From: Tubiluchus corallicola
Taxonomy: Eukaryota; Animalia; Priapulida
NCBI GenBank assembly: GCA_030141605.1
Contig: JAQGDQ010000549.1
Span: forward strand, 80,982 to 144,981
Direction: 5' to 3'
DNA: 64,000 nt
In this document: in pieces, positions 42,483 through 56,035 of the stretch
How the letters are laid out: the number at the start of each line of letters is the position of its first letter
How positions within the stretch are numbered: the stretch's first letter is position 1
Notes under the pieces: generated by a model
Told to the model about the DNA's origin: nothing
The model's database searches: none
Seen by the model: only the letters and a program-made list of their open reading frames with translations
Position numbers and translations under genes: made by a program

Positions 42483-44921
42483 ACAAAAATCTACACACAA
42501 AGGCAATGAAAGGCATAAACGAAAGCAAAGATAATCTGTAAGAGATAATCTGATTGAACGAATCTGAGGACAATTTAAAACCTAAATTAATTAAGCTAAC
42601 TTAATTATATTCTCCCCAGAATCTCCGCACACGAGAATATTCACTCCTTTCACGTATCCGACTTTACCTTCGTCCTTCGCCATTATCACCCTTTCCCGAA
42701 ATTCCTGTTTAACTTCCTCTTCCGCCCACGCGGTGCCCGGCCAGGTTAATTTTTTGGCAACGAACCAAGCACCTCCACCAAACTTCAAGGTCCTTCCTGC
42801 ATTCCAGTCAAGATTAGAGGAGAATCCACTCACGACTAACAATAATTGCATTACCCACTGACGCATATAGTGAAATGCAAAGACCTTTGTATTACAATAG
42901 TATATTTCAGGACGGACACTTAATCACCACCACATTGGGTATATATTCATTGTAATAATATCATAATGAGGCGTTTAATGCTTTTGAATCGATGCCTGAC
43001 ACACCTGCATGGTTATATAGGCGTTACGTAACCCAGGTGAGCTCAATTCGTGATTATTCAAAACTGCTGATTCATTGATTTTTCTCTAAATCTCAAATGA
43101 CAGCCATTGTGTTACGAGTGATGCAACTGAGTGTTTGCATCGTGACGAAGTTTGAAAGCAACTAAGTTTTTTATCAGGAAGCGTGAATTCTTTCTACTCT
43201 GTCACTGACCTTGAACGTAGCTCTAGGTTTCTAGAACGTTCTGTTATCTTCCACTAGAGGCCCAAACGAATCTCTCCGAATTAAGGGTTATGATTATTGC
43301 TTGGATTAAGCCCGGCCAAGTGAAATATGGACCATTTAATGAAGAGAAGCCCATTAATTAGGATTTGGAACATGGTAGTTGACAGAAAATAAGTGAATAC
43401 AATACTTATTCTAATTCAGCGGGTCCACGCAGTTTGCAATTGGTTAGAAATTTCATTCAAATTAGCAACAACAACAACAAATCACAATTAATGAAATCTA
43501 TTTAATACAGAGACGTTCGTTGGTTAGGAGCTGCAATTTGGTAAAAGTTTACAGAAAATCAAAGTTAACCAAATCTGTCTTACTGCAGACAGGTCGAAAA
43601 CAGAGTAACCAGACTAAAGAAAAAAATCATTAGCAGTCAGTTGAATCGAGACATGAATAAATTTTATGTCATAATTAACGTTCTGACATCAACTTGTTTT
43701 GACATCAAACTAAGATGTTATCAACATAGATTTTATGACAGAATCTGCAAAAATGAAAGCATATTTACCTCATAGAATAGAATATTAAAATTGAAAATGG
43801 ATCAATTTCATAGCAATAATGAAATTGTGAAGGGAAAAAACGAGCACTTCTATGGTAAGCATTTATTTATGTCGTTCAAAATTTCATAATTATTATAAAA
43901 TTTATGCATTCACAATTTTCTTATTTCATTCTATAATGTAAATGTATTTTCATTCTTACAGATGCTCTTATAATTTCTACGCATCTTGCTTTGATTTTGA
44001 AACGTCTGTTATGAAATAAATCATGTCTCTATTCAAATGGGTAATTAGTGATTCTTTTCTTGTGAAACGTCGCTTTCCCAGTCTAAATGTGTTTCCCAAC
44101 CGGATCCATTTTAATGGAAAGACGGCAATTGATTAAGACTTGCATTTATTATGAGAAAATCAAATCCATTTTAACATGTCTGTATGTAACATTATCTTCT
44201 TCTTACCACGTACATGTACAGCATAGATGCAAGGTCAACTTACGTGTCAAAATTTTCTAAATTCTTTACATACCTCAGCCTTAACAGTTTTTTTCGACCG
44301 CATTATCAAAGTATTGTAACAACTAAGCCTTTACAACTCATTAAACATGCAAGCTACCTGGTCAGCTCGCCTAGCGTGTATAAGTGACCACTTGAGCAAG
44401 AAAAGTGAACTTTAGAGGAGGAACCTCTCGTCAAGTAAAAGTGCAAATCCACCTAAGTGACTGAGAGATGAAAAGGAAGGAGAATGTAACAGCCGAACGA
44501 GCGAAAAATGGAGCAAAAAATGACAGTAAGTCCCTCTTAACCTCTCACTGGTGATGCTTCCTGCCGTTAGAATTGTCTGTTATTCTGTTAGATGGTCAAA
44601 GAAAGTTCTTTGTTGCATAAAAAATCGATAACTTTTACCACTTTCCGCGTTTTTTGTTCATCTGCTCAAAACTTTTTACCCACAATTGGTTAGTTAGTTA
44701 GTCATTTATACTGGTACACTGGTAGTACTAGTAATAACTGAGTATAGCAAATATGTTAGCAGAAAGTAACATATTCCACAGGTAAGAGGTCGGGGGAAAA
44801 TGGTTTATAGGCAGACTGAGGGCCTGAAATTTCTTGCACTGTTTTATAGTGTGCACTCTATCTTTGTTTGCAAACTATAGGTAACAGAAACAAACCAATT
44901 AAGTCACTGTTGTTGTTGCTT

Positions 44922-44958
<37 letters not shown>

Positions 44959-46667
44959 TCTTATAATAATGTTACACCACATGCAAATTGTTTTTGCACG
45001 TTTGCTTTTGAACCAGTGCACCACTGATTACCATTACATGCATCATTTAAGTTACAGTGACCTGACCGGCGTATGGTTTGTTCACCAGTCCGTCTCTCTA
45101 CATTCATTACTAAATTCACAGCTGTATGTAAAAACGTACTAAGTTTAAATGAGAAAAAGTACTGTGAACTGTGAACTGCAACTGAAATCAGACAACCGAA
45201 TCGATACATTTCTAATCTATGCTGCAAACTGGCCCAATTGTTTCTGAGAAAAATCACTCTTCTGTAAAAATTTGGTGCGCCCAGATTTCAGAGATCTCCT
45301 CTATACTTCACGATGCCCCGCATTTTACAACAATTGTTATAAAATTGTCGCTTACTTCCAGGTAAAGACTGCGGCTGTGTGAAAAAGGGCGAATTCAAAA
45401 AGGGACTGAGAAGGTATCTGCTGTTACCACCCTGAAGATCTGTCCCAAATACAAAACAACAACAAAAGTTACTTTCACAATAATCACTTAGGTACAAAAA
45501 ACGTCGCTGCGAACTGAAAAAGCTCCCTCTTTGACAACATTCAAACTTCAACTGATTTTTGTCTACCTTCTCTGAGCTGGATCCAACCTCTGCGCGAACA
45601 TGTTTTATGCCCTTGTTTTACAACCGTTTAAAGGCTGAATTAGAGCTTTTTTACCTACAACTAAAGAGTTGAACTTCATTTGCGCCTGTAGTTTATAATT
45701 AGAACATTATCCACATCATTCAGCCCCCAGAAAATAGCAATTATGAGTTTAGTTTGTGGGTAGATTCACAATTATTTATTTAATTGTCTGTTTACTTACT
45801 TATTTATTTATTTATTTGCTTGCTTGTTTATTTTTTATTTATTTACTTATATATACAGTATATGTGTAAGTATAATTGTTTATTTGTTTATTTATTTACT
45901 CATTTATTTATTTAGATACATTTTTTAAACTCACGTTTTATTGATTTTTTAAACCGTCAATTATTGATTTTTTTTTAATCTAACATTTATTACGTATATA
46001 AGTTATAACAAAATTTCATAATATTATATAATGAAATGTAGGGCCTAATATAATAAACAGATATATCATAACAGATATATCATCAAATTTAATGTTACAT
46101 CACATGTAATATAATAGAGTAATTAGCACCGTTTACATCGTTACATCATCATCATCAGCAGCAGCAGCAGCAGCAACAACAACAACAACAACATACACGG
46201 CTTCTAGTTTTCCCCTTTCGAACCCTAAACAAAGTTTGTAAAGCATTATTGTAAAACACCCTCTTTTCATCAACAAATCTGAAACACCTGTCTTTATTTT
46301 GCTTTTATAAAAAAGAGTCTTGAAGCCATAGTTTAGCCAGGTGCTCTAGAGGCCTTCTTGGTTAGCTACTTAGTTACAATTAGTTGGTCTCGAGCTTGTG
46401 TTTTGCTCAGTTTCCATAGTAACGTAACTGTTAATGAGACAACTTGTAGGAGTCTGCCTAGCAAAACAGTGAGAGGTTTCTGCATTTTCAACTGCCAAAG
46501 CGATAAAATAACTGAGTGGTGACGGTGTTTGCGTAGCTATGAAAATTAAGTAGCGATCAGCAAGTGCCACGCGGATGGATGATTTTTTGTCTGTTTTCAT
46601 TTTAAATCTCCCGCAATACTGTTCCGACCGCGCCATTACGTGACGTCATATACGCAAAACGTAAATC

Positions 46668-47118
46668 AGGGGAAGAAAAGGAAATGTTAAATTATGTCCC
46701 ATTAAGCTTTCCATGCAAAGTTATACGACGTAGCATTTCACTTACCTGCTTGAAAGATTTATGTAACTAGAAAAGAAAATTATTAATTATTTAAAGTACT
46801 TTCACCAATTGGTAAAATGTCGCTTACTCACCTCAAAGTTGCACGGTACAATAGATATTGACAAGATACAGTAATTTAAAAAGTTTTCTTAGTTAGCGAC
46901 ATCTGCGCTACAAAAGCTCTGATTATTTTTTTAAACTTTACTCAGTGTTATCTAAACTTGTTTCAAGCGACCTAATCGTCAAAATGGCTGCGTCAACGTT
47001 TAAATTTACACGTTTTAAACAGCGTTGCGGCCGATGCATGGCAAAAGGCCGTAACTAAATGGTATAAAATTTCAAGACGATTTTTAAGCTTTATGTAAGT
47101 GGAGGGTTTTCCTGTGCT
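46668..47118 (-). mobile_element. MITE family D copy (Kolobok-like termini)
   Basis: AGGGGAAGAAAAGG ... TTATCTAAACTTGTTTCAA..AAAATGGCTGCG..CAGCGTT ... GTTTTCCTGTGCT|TTAA; reverse complement of the copies at 24895 and 47990. Confidence 0.7.
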
Positions 47119-47989
47119 TTAACGTGACGTCATTTCCCTTGTCTGTCATTACACTTCATACACACTGCATTTAGCTACATTACAAGTTGTGTTAATTTTC
47201 CCTAACCTTGGCATTAATTAACTTGTATGCAACCAGAAATGCCAACGTTACTCGGTATACATCAAGAGCAGGTAACTTGGTTTATTTTATCGACGAACAT
47301 CACAAAACAATATACAATACAATGTACATGTAAAAATCATTATCATTATCATTATGGTATTTGCATTGTTTGAGGCCTTCATACAAAAAAGCCTAGCAGC
47401 CAACAGAAAAATGCACTCCATAAAAGAGTACTTTCAATATTTTCAAGTCTCATCCTCGGCAATCTTGACTCTGTGTCTGTCTGATCCCTCGGCAAGAGAG
47501 GCAATTTTGTCTCCGCCTGTCTTATCCCTCGCCAAACGCGGCGATCTTGTCTCTGTTTCTGCATCTTTTCTTGACAAAGCTTGATCAGTTTTGTCATTCC
47601 GGTCGCGTAAAGCGAACAAAGGATTTAGCGAATAAACTTGTATTTTACTTGACAAGCCCAGATTTCTCCAAGGATTTAGAAGAGAAGGTTCTGCGGAAAA
47701 GAGGCACTTGAGCGTCAGGCTAATCGAATCCTGAATTCTTGATCCTGTCGAGAAACTTGTCTGCTAAAAAAACTTGCACGGTCACGCCAAAAACCGCCAC
47801 TGACACGCCAAAATCCGCCAAAATAACAGACAACCAGAGAATTTAACAATTGCTAACATAGTCAATTCATACTCACTTTTTTATTCTGATCGTGTCAATG
47901 AAGACCAATGGCCATTCGACCTGACAGACTATAGTAATTAAGTAAATATATGAATGCAGGTCTAGAAAAATAAAAATTTCATAACTCTT

Positions 47990-48441
47990 TTGCCAGTGAT
48001 ACAAGATTTTATAAATCTTATTACCAATGCATACTGTCTTGTTGCATACAGGGCTTGTGTTAGCAGTAACGCTGTGTAAAACTTGTAAACGTAAACTCCC
48101 GCGAAGACCGTTATGCGCAGCCATTTTAGCGGTAAGTCGTTTAAAACAAGTTTAGATAACTTTGTGTAAAGCTTGAAAAAAGTCAGAGAATTCGTAACGC
48201 ACTCTTCGCTAACTAAGCAAACTACTTTACATTGTCAATTAGATCAATGATGTGTTTTTGGTGAATCAGTGGTGCACAATGGGATAGCGAAACAGTGACA
48301 TTTTACCAGGCGACGTAGAAATCGAGAATTTTCTTTTTCTTTTACATAAATCTTTCAAGCAGGTAAGCGTGATTCTAAGTAATATAACTTTGTATGGAAA
48401 GTTCTTTGGGATATGCTTAAAAATTCCCTTTTCTTTCCCTT
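47990..48441 (+). mobile_element. MITE family D copy
   Basis: GTTAGCAGTAACGCTGT..AAACTTGTAAA..CGCAGCCATTTTAG..AAACAAGTTTAGATAAC ... AAATTCCCTTTTCTTTCCCT|TTAA. The 5' boundary is approximate. Confidence 0.72.
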
Positions 48442-49304
48442 TAAGTTCTGGATAAAATAATTCGCGTTGCATAGAGTTAATAGGAATTAATTTTCTGCAA
48501 GAAAATACCACATATAAGAAGCCCGAAAAAAACTGACTGGAACTGGAACCAGAAATTCTTTTAAGTAACAAAAGCGCACTCTTTTCGAAAACCTTTCAGG
48601 TAATAACATTATAATATTATTTTATTTTTTCCCTTAATTAAAAATGTACAATATGAAGCCAAGTGACACGAATGCGTAACCATGGAAACAGCCTGAAGCT
48701 ATTGTCGAAGCAGCTCACTTGAAAGGCTCTAAATGACCTACTTAATGATAATAAAAACGTTAATCATCATTTTGACTTTGCGAGAAAGTAAAAAAAAAAC
48801 AGCGCCATCAAGCGACAAAAAACGCAGTGTGTTTACGACACAATGAAATCTCACAAAACATCCAGAAGCTCGGAATTACGACTCTTGTATGAATATAAAA
48901 TTCAATAAATCAACCAAAAATGGAATATGAGTCATTTTTCAGTGCCTTGGCAGGGAAATTGAATCTTAATTCCATTGGGCACAATATTACATGCTCTCAA
49001 ACTCGCAGAGTGGAAACAAATTAAATGACGTGTGACGTCATAAATGCGCAAATTGAAATTTTTCTTCGTAATATAAGCAATAAGGCGTGTGCGCATGCGC
49101 ACAGTATTCAACAGTTGGAGATTTTATCAGCCTATAATAGTTTGCTGATACAATAAAAGCCATTTCAAAGGCTATTATGTCAACATTACTTAGTAGGCCC
49201 ACTGTCCTGCAGTTTACAACTGGAGGTACCGTTGACTTGTGAAAGCATGCGGCAAACAATAGTCCTGCAGTTAGCTTACAGTATGAACATTGAATCATGC
49301 ATCC

Positions 49305-51125
49305 AGGGGTATGATTTTGTTCACCTCTTTATGCCAAGACTCCCTTCTCTCTTCAATGGAAAAAGTGCTTCCATCAGGGACATGATTTTGTTCACCTCTT
49401 TATGCCAAGACTCCCTTCTCTCTTCAATGGAAAAAGTGCTTTCATCAGGGACATGATTTTGTTCACCTCTTTATGCCAAGACTCCCTTCTCTCTTCAATG
49501 GGAAAAGTGCTTCCATCAGGGACATGATTTTGTTCACCTCTTTATGCCAAGACTCCCTTCTCTCTTCAATGGAAAAAGTGCTTCCATCAGGGACATGATT
49601 TTGTTCACCTCTTTATGCCAAGACTCCCTTCTCTCTTCAATGGAAAAAGTGCTTCCATCAGGGACATGATTTTGTTCACCTCTTTATGCAAAGACTCCCT
49701 TCTCTTCAATGGAAAAAGTGCTTCCATCAGGGACATGATTTTGTTCACCTCTTTATGCAAAGACTCCCTTCTGTTCAATGGAAAAAGTGCTTCCATCAGG
49801 GACATGATTTTGTTCACCTCTTTATGCAAAGACTCCCTTCTCTCTTCAATAGAAGAAGCGCTTCCATCAGGGACATGATTTTGTTCAACTCTTTATGCAA
49901 AGACTCCCTTCTCTCTTCAATGGAAAAAGTGCTTCCATCAGGGACATGATTTTGTTCACCTCTTTATGCCAAGACTCCCTTCTCTCTTCAATGGAAAAAG
50001 TGCTTCCATCAGGGACATGATTTTGTTCACCTCTTTATGCCAAGACTCCCTTCTCTCTTCAATGGAAAAAGTGCTTCCATCAGGGACATGATTTTGTTCA
50101 ACTCTTTATGCAAAGACTCCCTTCTCTCTTCAATGGAAAAAGTGCTTCCATCAGGGACATGATTTTGTTCACCTCTTTATGCCAAGACGCCCTTCTCTCT
50201 TCAATGGAAAAAGTGCTTCCATCAGGGACATGATTCTGTTCAACTCTTTATGCCAAGACTCCCTTCTCTCTTCAGTGGAAAAAGTGCTTCCATCAGGGAC
50301 ATGATTTTGTTCACCTCTTTATGCCAAGACTCCCTTCTCTCTTCAATGGAAAAAGTGCTTCCATCAGGGACATGATTTTGTTCACCTCTTTATGCAAAGA
50401 CTCCCTTCTCTCTTCAGTGGAAAAAGTGCTTCCATCAGGGACATGATTTTGTTCACCTCTTTATGCAAAGACTCCCTTCTGTTCAATGGAAAAAGTGCTT
50501 CCATCAGGGACATGATTTTGTTCACCTCTTTATGCAAAAACTCCCTTCTCTCTTCAATAGAAGAAGCGCTTCCATCAGGGACATGATTTTGTTCAACTCT
50601 TTATGCAAAGACTCCCTTCTCTTCAATGGAAAAAGTGCTTCCATCAGGGACATGATTTTGTTCACCTCTTTATGCAAAGACTCCCTTCTCTTCAATGGAA
50701 AAAGTGCTTCCATCAGGGACATGATTTTGTTCACCTCTTTATGCAAAGACTCCCTTCTCTCTTCAATGGAAAAAGTGCTTCCATCAGGGACATGATTTTG
50801 TTCAACTCTTTATGCAAAGACTCCCTTCTCTCTTCAATGGAAAAAGTGCTTCCATCAGGGACATGATTTTGTTCACCTCTTTATGCCAAGACGCCCTTCT
50901 CTCTTCAATGGAAAAAGTGCTTCCATCAGGGACATGATTCTGTTCAACTCTTTATGCCAAGACTCCCTTCTCTCTTCAGTGGAAAAAGTGCTTCCATCAG
51001 GGACATGATTCTGTTCAACTCTTTATGCCAAGACTCCCTTCTCTCTTCAATACAAGAAGCGCTTCCATCAGGGACATGATTCTGTTCAACTCTTTATGCC
51101 AAGACTCCCTTCTCTCTTCAATGGA
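49305..51125. repeat. 71-bp (69-bp variant) satellite, about 26 copies
   Basis: Unit GGGACATGATTTTGTTCACCTCTTTATGCCAAGACTCCCTTCTCTCTTCAATGGAAAAAGTGCTTCCATCA; period of 71 (49377, 49448...). Confidence 0.97.
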
Positions 51126-51420
51126 CAAAGTACTGAAGTGCTGAAGTGTTTAAATCTTTCTGGGTAAAATCTAAATATGTCAACATTTGCCTTCCTGCAG
51201 GTTTCCTGGCTTGTTGAAGAGCTATCTTCACTGGATTATCATCAGGTAGTCTAAGCATATGGCCAATCCATCTTAAACGGCATCTTTTTATTTTCTTGTT
51301 TAAGGTTCGTCTTTTACGTTTTCATATATACTTTTTCATCTTTATTTGAGATTTTCTTTGGCCATCTGATATTCACAATGTTTCTGTACTTTCGTGCCTT
51401 TGAAACACGTCAGCATATTC
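51122..51420 (-). mobile_element. RTE-clade LINE 3' fragment
   Basis: Minus strand reads RNIVNIRWPKKISNK ... RLRWIGHMLRLPDDNPVKIALQQARKPAGRQMLTYLDFTQKDL (frameshifted between the blocks), typical of the RTE ORF2 C-terminus. Confidence 0.78.
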
Positions 51421-52302
51421 AAAACTCACAAAATATTTTAATAACAGGAAAATATCTTTCTAGAAACAAAAGTTAGAATATTCCCAGTCCTAGGTGAAAC
51501 TGTATTTTTGTATAACTTTGAGCTGTGTACATTAAAACCAAATTATAAAGCCGAAATTGAAAGTAATAAACAAGTGCAGCACAGATCACGTAGCAATATG
51601 AGAAATCTATGAATGCGTTCAATACTAACCGTTGCAGTAAGCTATTACTAACATGTCCAGGCATTGTGTGCTTATAATTGTTAAGCTTTCTAGGAAATAA
51701 TTAAAATGCCAATGAGTAATATGTGCTAGAAACGTTTTCAGGAAACCTAGCAAGTGTTACCATTGTATATTCTGCTAAATTTGCTTTATTAATAAACACA
51801 GTTTAACTTTCGCTAATAACAAAAATGAAGCCTGTTTGATTAAACTGATAAACACTGTGTTAACTTGGCTTCATTACATCATAGATGCTGTTGTGAACGG
51901 GTTAAGTGAGCTGTCACAAAACGCTGTCACAAACTCGAAAGAGTCAATGACTGAACAAAACAATATTAAAACATCAAAAACAGAAGCAGCTTTCTTTTTC
52001 AAGTGATCACGCTTGGACGGTGTGAACAGTGTTGGGCGAAACAGTGCTGTGTGGAAAGACTTAACCCTCAACTTGACCAGTCAAAGAGCTGCTGAGAGTT
52101 GTCCAAGTGGAGCATTTTCTAAGGAACAAAGGTGGCAAAGTTTTAAGCATTACCCTGTTTCTTACACGGTTCAGTGCACAGCAGGCCAGTCCAACAGTCA
52201 ACGCAGTATAGTATCAACTTATATGTTAACGATGGTGGCAGGAAGGTATCTAGCTTGTTACAAACTGCCCGGAAACTGCTTCCAGGTCATAAAAATGCTG
52301 TG

Positions 52303-52628
52303 TTAAGCAATCTCTAGATCTAACGCATTAGACCATTGTCAAAAGAAAGTTGCTGCTTCTACAAAAGTGAAACAAACTCAGTGAACGCTGATGTAGGACA
52401 AGAAGAAGCCAAAATTGGAAAAGGAAATTCTTCTTTCTCGCTTCTCAGTTAAATATCACCTGCTGTTTTAAGCAATCTCTAGATCTAACGCATTAGACCA
52501 TTGTCCAAAAGTAACCTCTGCCTGTTGTTGTTTGTACAAAAGTGAAACAAACTCAATGAAGGATGTTGTACGACAAGAAGAGGACAAAATTGGAAAAGTA
52601 AACACTTCCTACTCGCCTCTCAATTAAA
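52303..52628. repeat. ~165-bp direct tandem duplication
   Basis: TTAAGCAATCTCTAGATCTAACGCATTAGACCATTGTC...TACAAAAGTGAAACAAACTCA...AAAATTGGAAAAG occurs twice. Confidence 0.85.
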
Positions 52629-52953
52629 CACAAGCAACTAATAATCACCTCTAAGACGCCTCTTCTTCATGTCCTCTAAATTGCAAGGTAATTAGAGACT
52701 GAAGGAAAGCAATTAAGATGCTGTATCATCTGCCTGACATGAGTGGTAATTATGGGTAAACGTGGAGCAGACAGAATTTGACGCAAGGCAGCTGCGAGCT
52801 TTGACTAAATCGTGCTGCTCACTAATTGCTGTTGTCGCTTTCTGTTACGACCACGTGCTGTCTTACGAACGAACGAACGAACGAACAAGTAAACACCCGA
52901 ACTTGTGAATACTTAAAAATAAAGAAATATAGAAACGAACAACCAAAGATTAA

Positions 52954-53570
52954 AGCAAGACAGGACCCAATCTTAAACTGTAGGTCAAAACAATCTACTA
53001 TGTAAAATTTTGAAAGGAAACACTATTTTTCAAAAATGACTTACGTGAAAGAATTATTACCACACAAACACAATTTCACGTTCGTGCCACTAGTTCTTCG
53101 CTGTTACATGCATTTTGGCATTCGATAGTTAGACGAGCACTAGCGCTTGCATTTCGGAAACGCATTGCACGAAAAACAGGTGCTGTACCGCTCAGTTCAG
53201 ATGTGTTAGTTTGTGACGAACTACACACGATCGACAGCTCATACGAGAGCACAACGGTAAATTTGAAATTTGAATTTTTATCTTAAAACTTGCCTAGTTT
53301 GAGTACAACACACTGAACATCTTACAATAGCACTGTACTTCAATTTTCGCTTTCGTAAACACGTGCAACACGCTCGTGGAATATTTTTGCTATTGAAAAT
53401 AGTGTTAATTTGTGACGTCATCAACAGTTGGACTCGCCCCTCCGTAAATTAAGATTTCAATCTGTTATTTAATTATCAGAAACGCTTTTCCAGTATTAAT
53501 TGTGTTAAAATGTGTACTTTTTATTGGACTTGAAAATGGGTTAGTATGTGAAAAATCATCCTGTCTTCCT
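52954..53570 (+). mobile_element. MITE family A, full-length copy (Kolobok-like)
   Basis: TTAA|AGCAAGACAGGA ... TCCTGTCTTCCT|CTAA. AG..CT termini with a TTAA-type TSD fit the Kolobok superfamily. Confidence 0.88.
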
Positions 53571-54344
53571 CTAAATAATAATTACGTTAATTCCAGACTG
53601 CATTTAGCTAAAATACTTTTGTAGTACAAAATAACGAATATAATGTACATAGTGTAATATTTACAAATCTCCTGTACAACACAGAAAGTTACTATGACAA
53701 CAGCTATTCATCACCTGCCTGCCGCCTCGCCGAATGTATCCAGGGAATAATTGCATTATAATAATTCCATTTCCCCATTTTCCCACGAAACCTAGAATAA
53801 TGCAATGCTATCACGACATAACAGAGATAAAGTGCATGCAATAATGTGTTTGCAGATCTAAATGGTGCGGGGGGGGGGTCTGAATAAGGCTTTGTAGCTA
53901 ATGGGCCTGTAAACTAAAAAGCCTATGACAGGTCTAATACCAAAGTGGTCACGATATGCGCTTAGATATACAAGTTACGCAACAGTAGGGCCTGCGTAGT
54001 AAACTGAAGGGGAGATTTACGTGATACCGCTTGCCATACTGACCATAGCTGACCATACTGGCCATGTCTTTTTGAGGAGACGCAGCCAATCACCATGAAA
54101 ATACTTCGCTAGAGAGAGATTGCCAAGTAACTAAATTGACGGAAATGCGACAGCCAGGTAAACAGGAAGGTGTAGTTACCTGTACCTGAAATATTTGCTA
54201 TGGGGGCAGTAGTCAAATTTCCCTTCCCAGTCGCTTCCGCACCAGCCTTTATTGTTCTTATGACGAACTTTTACTCACGAAAAGTTAAAATTAGCAAACA
54301 AAACTGCATGTGTAGGTAGAATTCACGTTCCGAGTTGCTGAGTT

Positions 54345-55390
54345 GTAGAGCCTAAATTCTGAATTGTTGTACCGTAGAGCCTAAGTTTTAAATTGTTGTA
54401 CTGTAGGGCCTAAATTCTGAATTGTTGTACTGTAGAGCCTAAGTTTTAAATTGTTGTACTGTAGAGCCTAAATGCTAAATTGTTGTACCGTAGAGCCTAA
54501 ATTCTAAATTGTTGTACTGTAGAGCCTAAATTCTAAATTGTTGTACCGTAGAGCCTAAATTCTAAATTGTTGTACTGTAGAGCCTAAGTTTTAAATTGTT
54601 GTACCGCAGGGCCTAGATTCTGAATTGTTGTACTGTAGAGCTTAAGTTTTAAATTGTTGTACTGTAAGGCCTAAATTCTGAATTGTTGTACCGTAGAGCC
54701 TAAGTTTTAAATTGTTGTACTGTAGAGCCTAAGTTTTAAATTGTTGTACTGTAGGGCCTAAATTCTGAATTGTTGTACTGTAGAGCCTAAGTTTTAAATT
54801 GTTGTACCGTAGAGCCTAAATTCTAAATTGTTGTACTGTAGAGCCTAAGTTTTAAATTGTTGTACCGTAGGGCCTAGATTCTGAATTGTTGTACTGTAGA
54901 GCTTAAGTTTTAAATTGTTGTACTGTAAGGCCTAAATTCTGAATTGTTGTACTGTAGAGCCTAAATTCTGAATTGTTGTACCGTAGAGCCTAAGTTTTAA
55001 ATTGTTGTACTGTAGGGCCTAAATTCTGAATTGTTGTACTGTAGAGCCTAAGTTTTAAATTGTTGTACTGTAAAGCCTAAATTCTAAATTGTTGTACCGT
55101 AGAGCCTAAATTCTAAATTGTTGTACTGTAGAGCCTAAATTCTAAATTGTTGTACTGTAGAGCCTAAATTCTAAATTGTTGTACCGTAGAGCCTAAATTC
55201 TAAATTGTTGTACTGTAGAGCCTAAATTCTGAATTGGTGCACCGTAGAGCCTAAGTTTTAGATTGTTGTACTGTAGAGCCTAAATTCTAAATTGTTGTAC
55301 TGTAGGGCATAAGCTCTAAATTGTTGTACTGTAGAGCCTAAATTCTAAATTGTTGTACTGTAGAGCCTAAGCTCTAAATTGTTGTACTGC
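54345..55390. repeat. 29-bp minisatellite, about 36 copies
   Basis: Unit GTAGAGCCTAAATTCTAAATTGTTGTACT and variants. Confidence 0.97.
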
Positions 55391-55689
55391 GCAACGTAAT
55401 TTCTAAGTTGTTCTATTGTAGATCATCGCTCCCCTTCTGGCGGATTACGACAAATTAAACAGAAATATTCGCATATTGTAAATAACTTGTTTACAATGAT
55501 CACTTGTAATAAATTGGCAAAGATCAGAGTAAATCTTACCGACCGATTTGAACTTCAAGCTCTGCCCTAAACCTCAGTCTAAGGTATACCTCACGTGTTT
55601 ACACGAAATCTTACAAGTTGCTTTTAGGTTAATGTAAGCAACAGCAAACATCGTGGAGAAAGTTCGCCGCCTGTCATGAACCAGATGAA

Positions 55690-56035
55690 AATCTGCTCCC
55701 TGGTTACATATAAAGCGCCACCTACATGAGATACAAGGTGGAGCAAGGTCAGAAGTCTGCTCCCTGATTACATATAAAACATTGTGAAGCAAGGTCAGAA
55801 GTCTGCTCCCTGATTACATATAAAACATTGTGAAGCAAGGTCAGAAGTCTGCTCCCTGATTACATAGAAAACAAGGTGAAGCAAGGTCAGAAGTCTGTTC
55901 CCTGGTTACATATAAGACAAGGTGAAGCAAGGTCAGAAGTCTGCTCCCTGGTTATATATAAAACAAGATGAAGCAAGGTCATAAGGCTGCTCCCTCGTTA
56001 CATATAAAGCGCCACCTACATGAGATACAAGGTGA
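55690..56035. repeat. 46-47-bp minisatellite (about 6 copies) flanked by ~35-bp direct repeats
   Basis: Unit GAAGCAAGGTCAGAAGTCTGCTCCCTGATTACATATAAAACATTGT. TACATATAAAGCGCCACCTACATGAGATACAAGGTG occurs at about 55706 and about 56000. Confidence 0.9.

Noticed and set aside
42591-42866. 91-aa minus-strand ORF with possible AG/GT boundaries as exon 2
   Set aside because: No Ig-domain C...W motif and a weak polypyrimidine tract; cannot be supported without RNA data.
47354-47760. Overlapping ORFs in a GC-richer segment after a TTTTTTAGCAG acceptor-like site
   Set aside because: No recognisable domain; the long open frame is phase 0, incompatible with the phase-1 donor of exon 1.
51860-52306. SAVWK-containing ORF as a hAT BED zinc-finger remnant
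   Set aside because: No CxxC...H...H pattern and no downstream transposase motifs.
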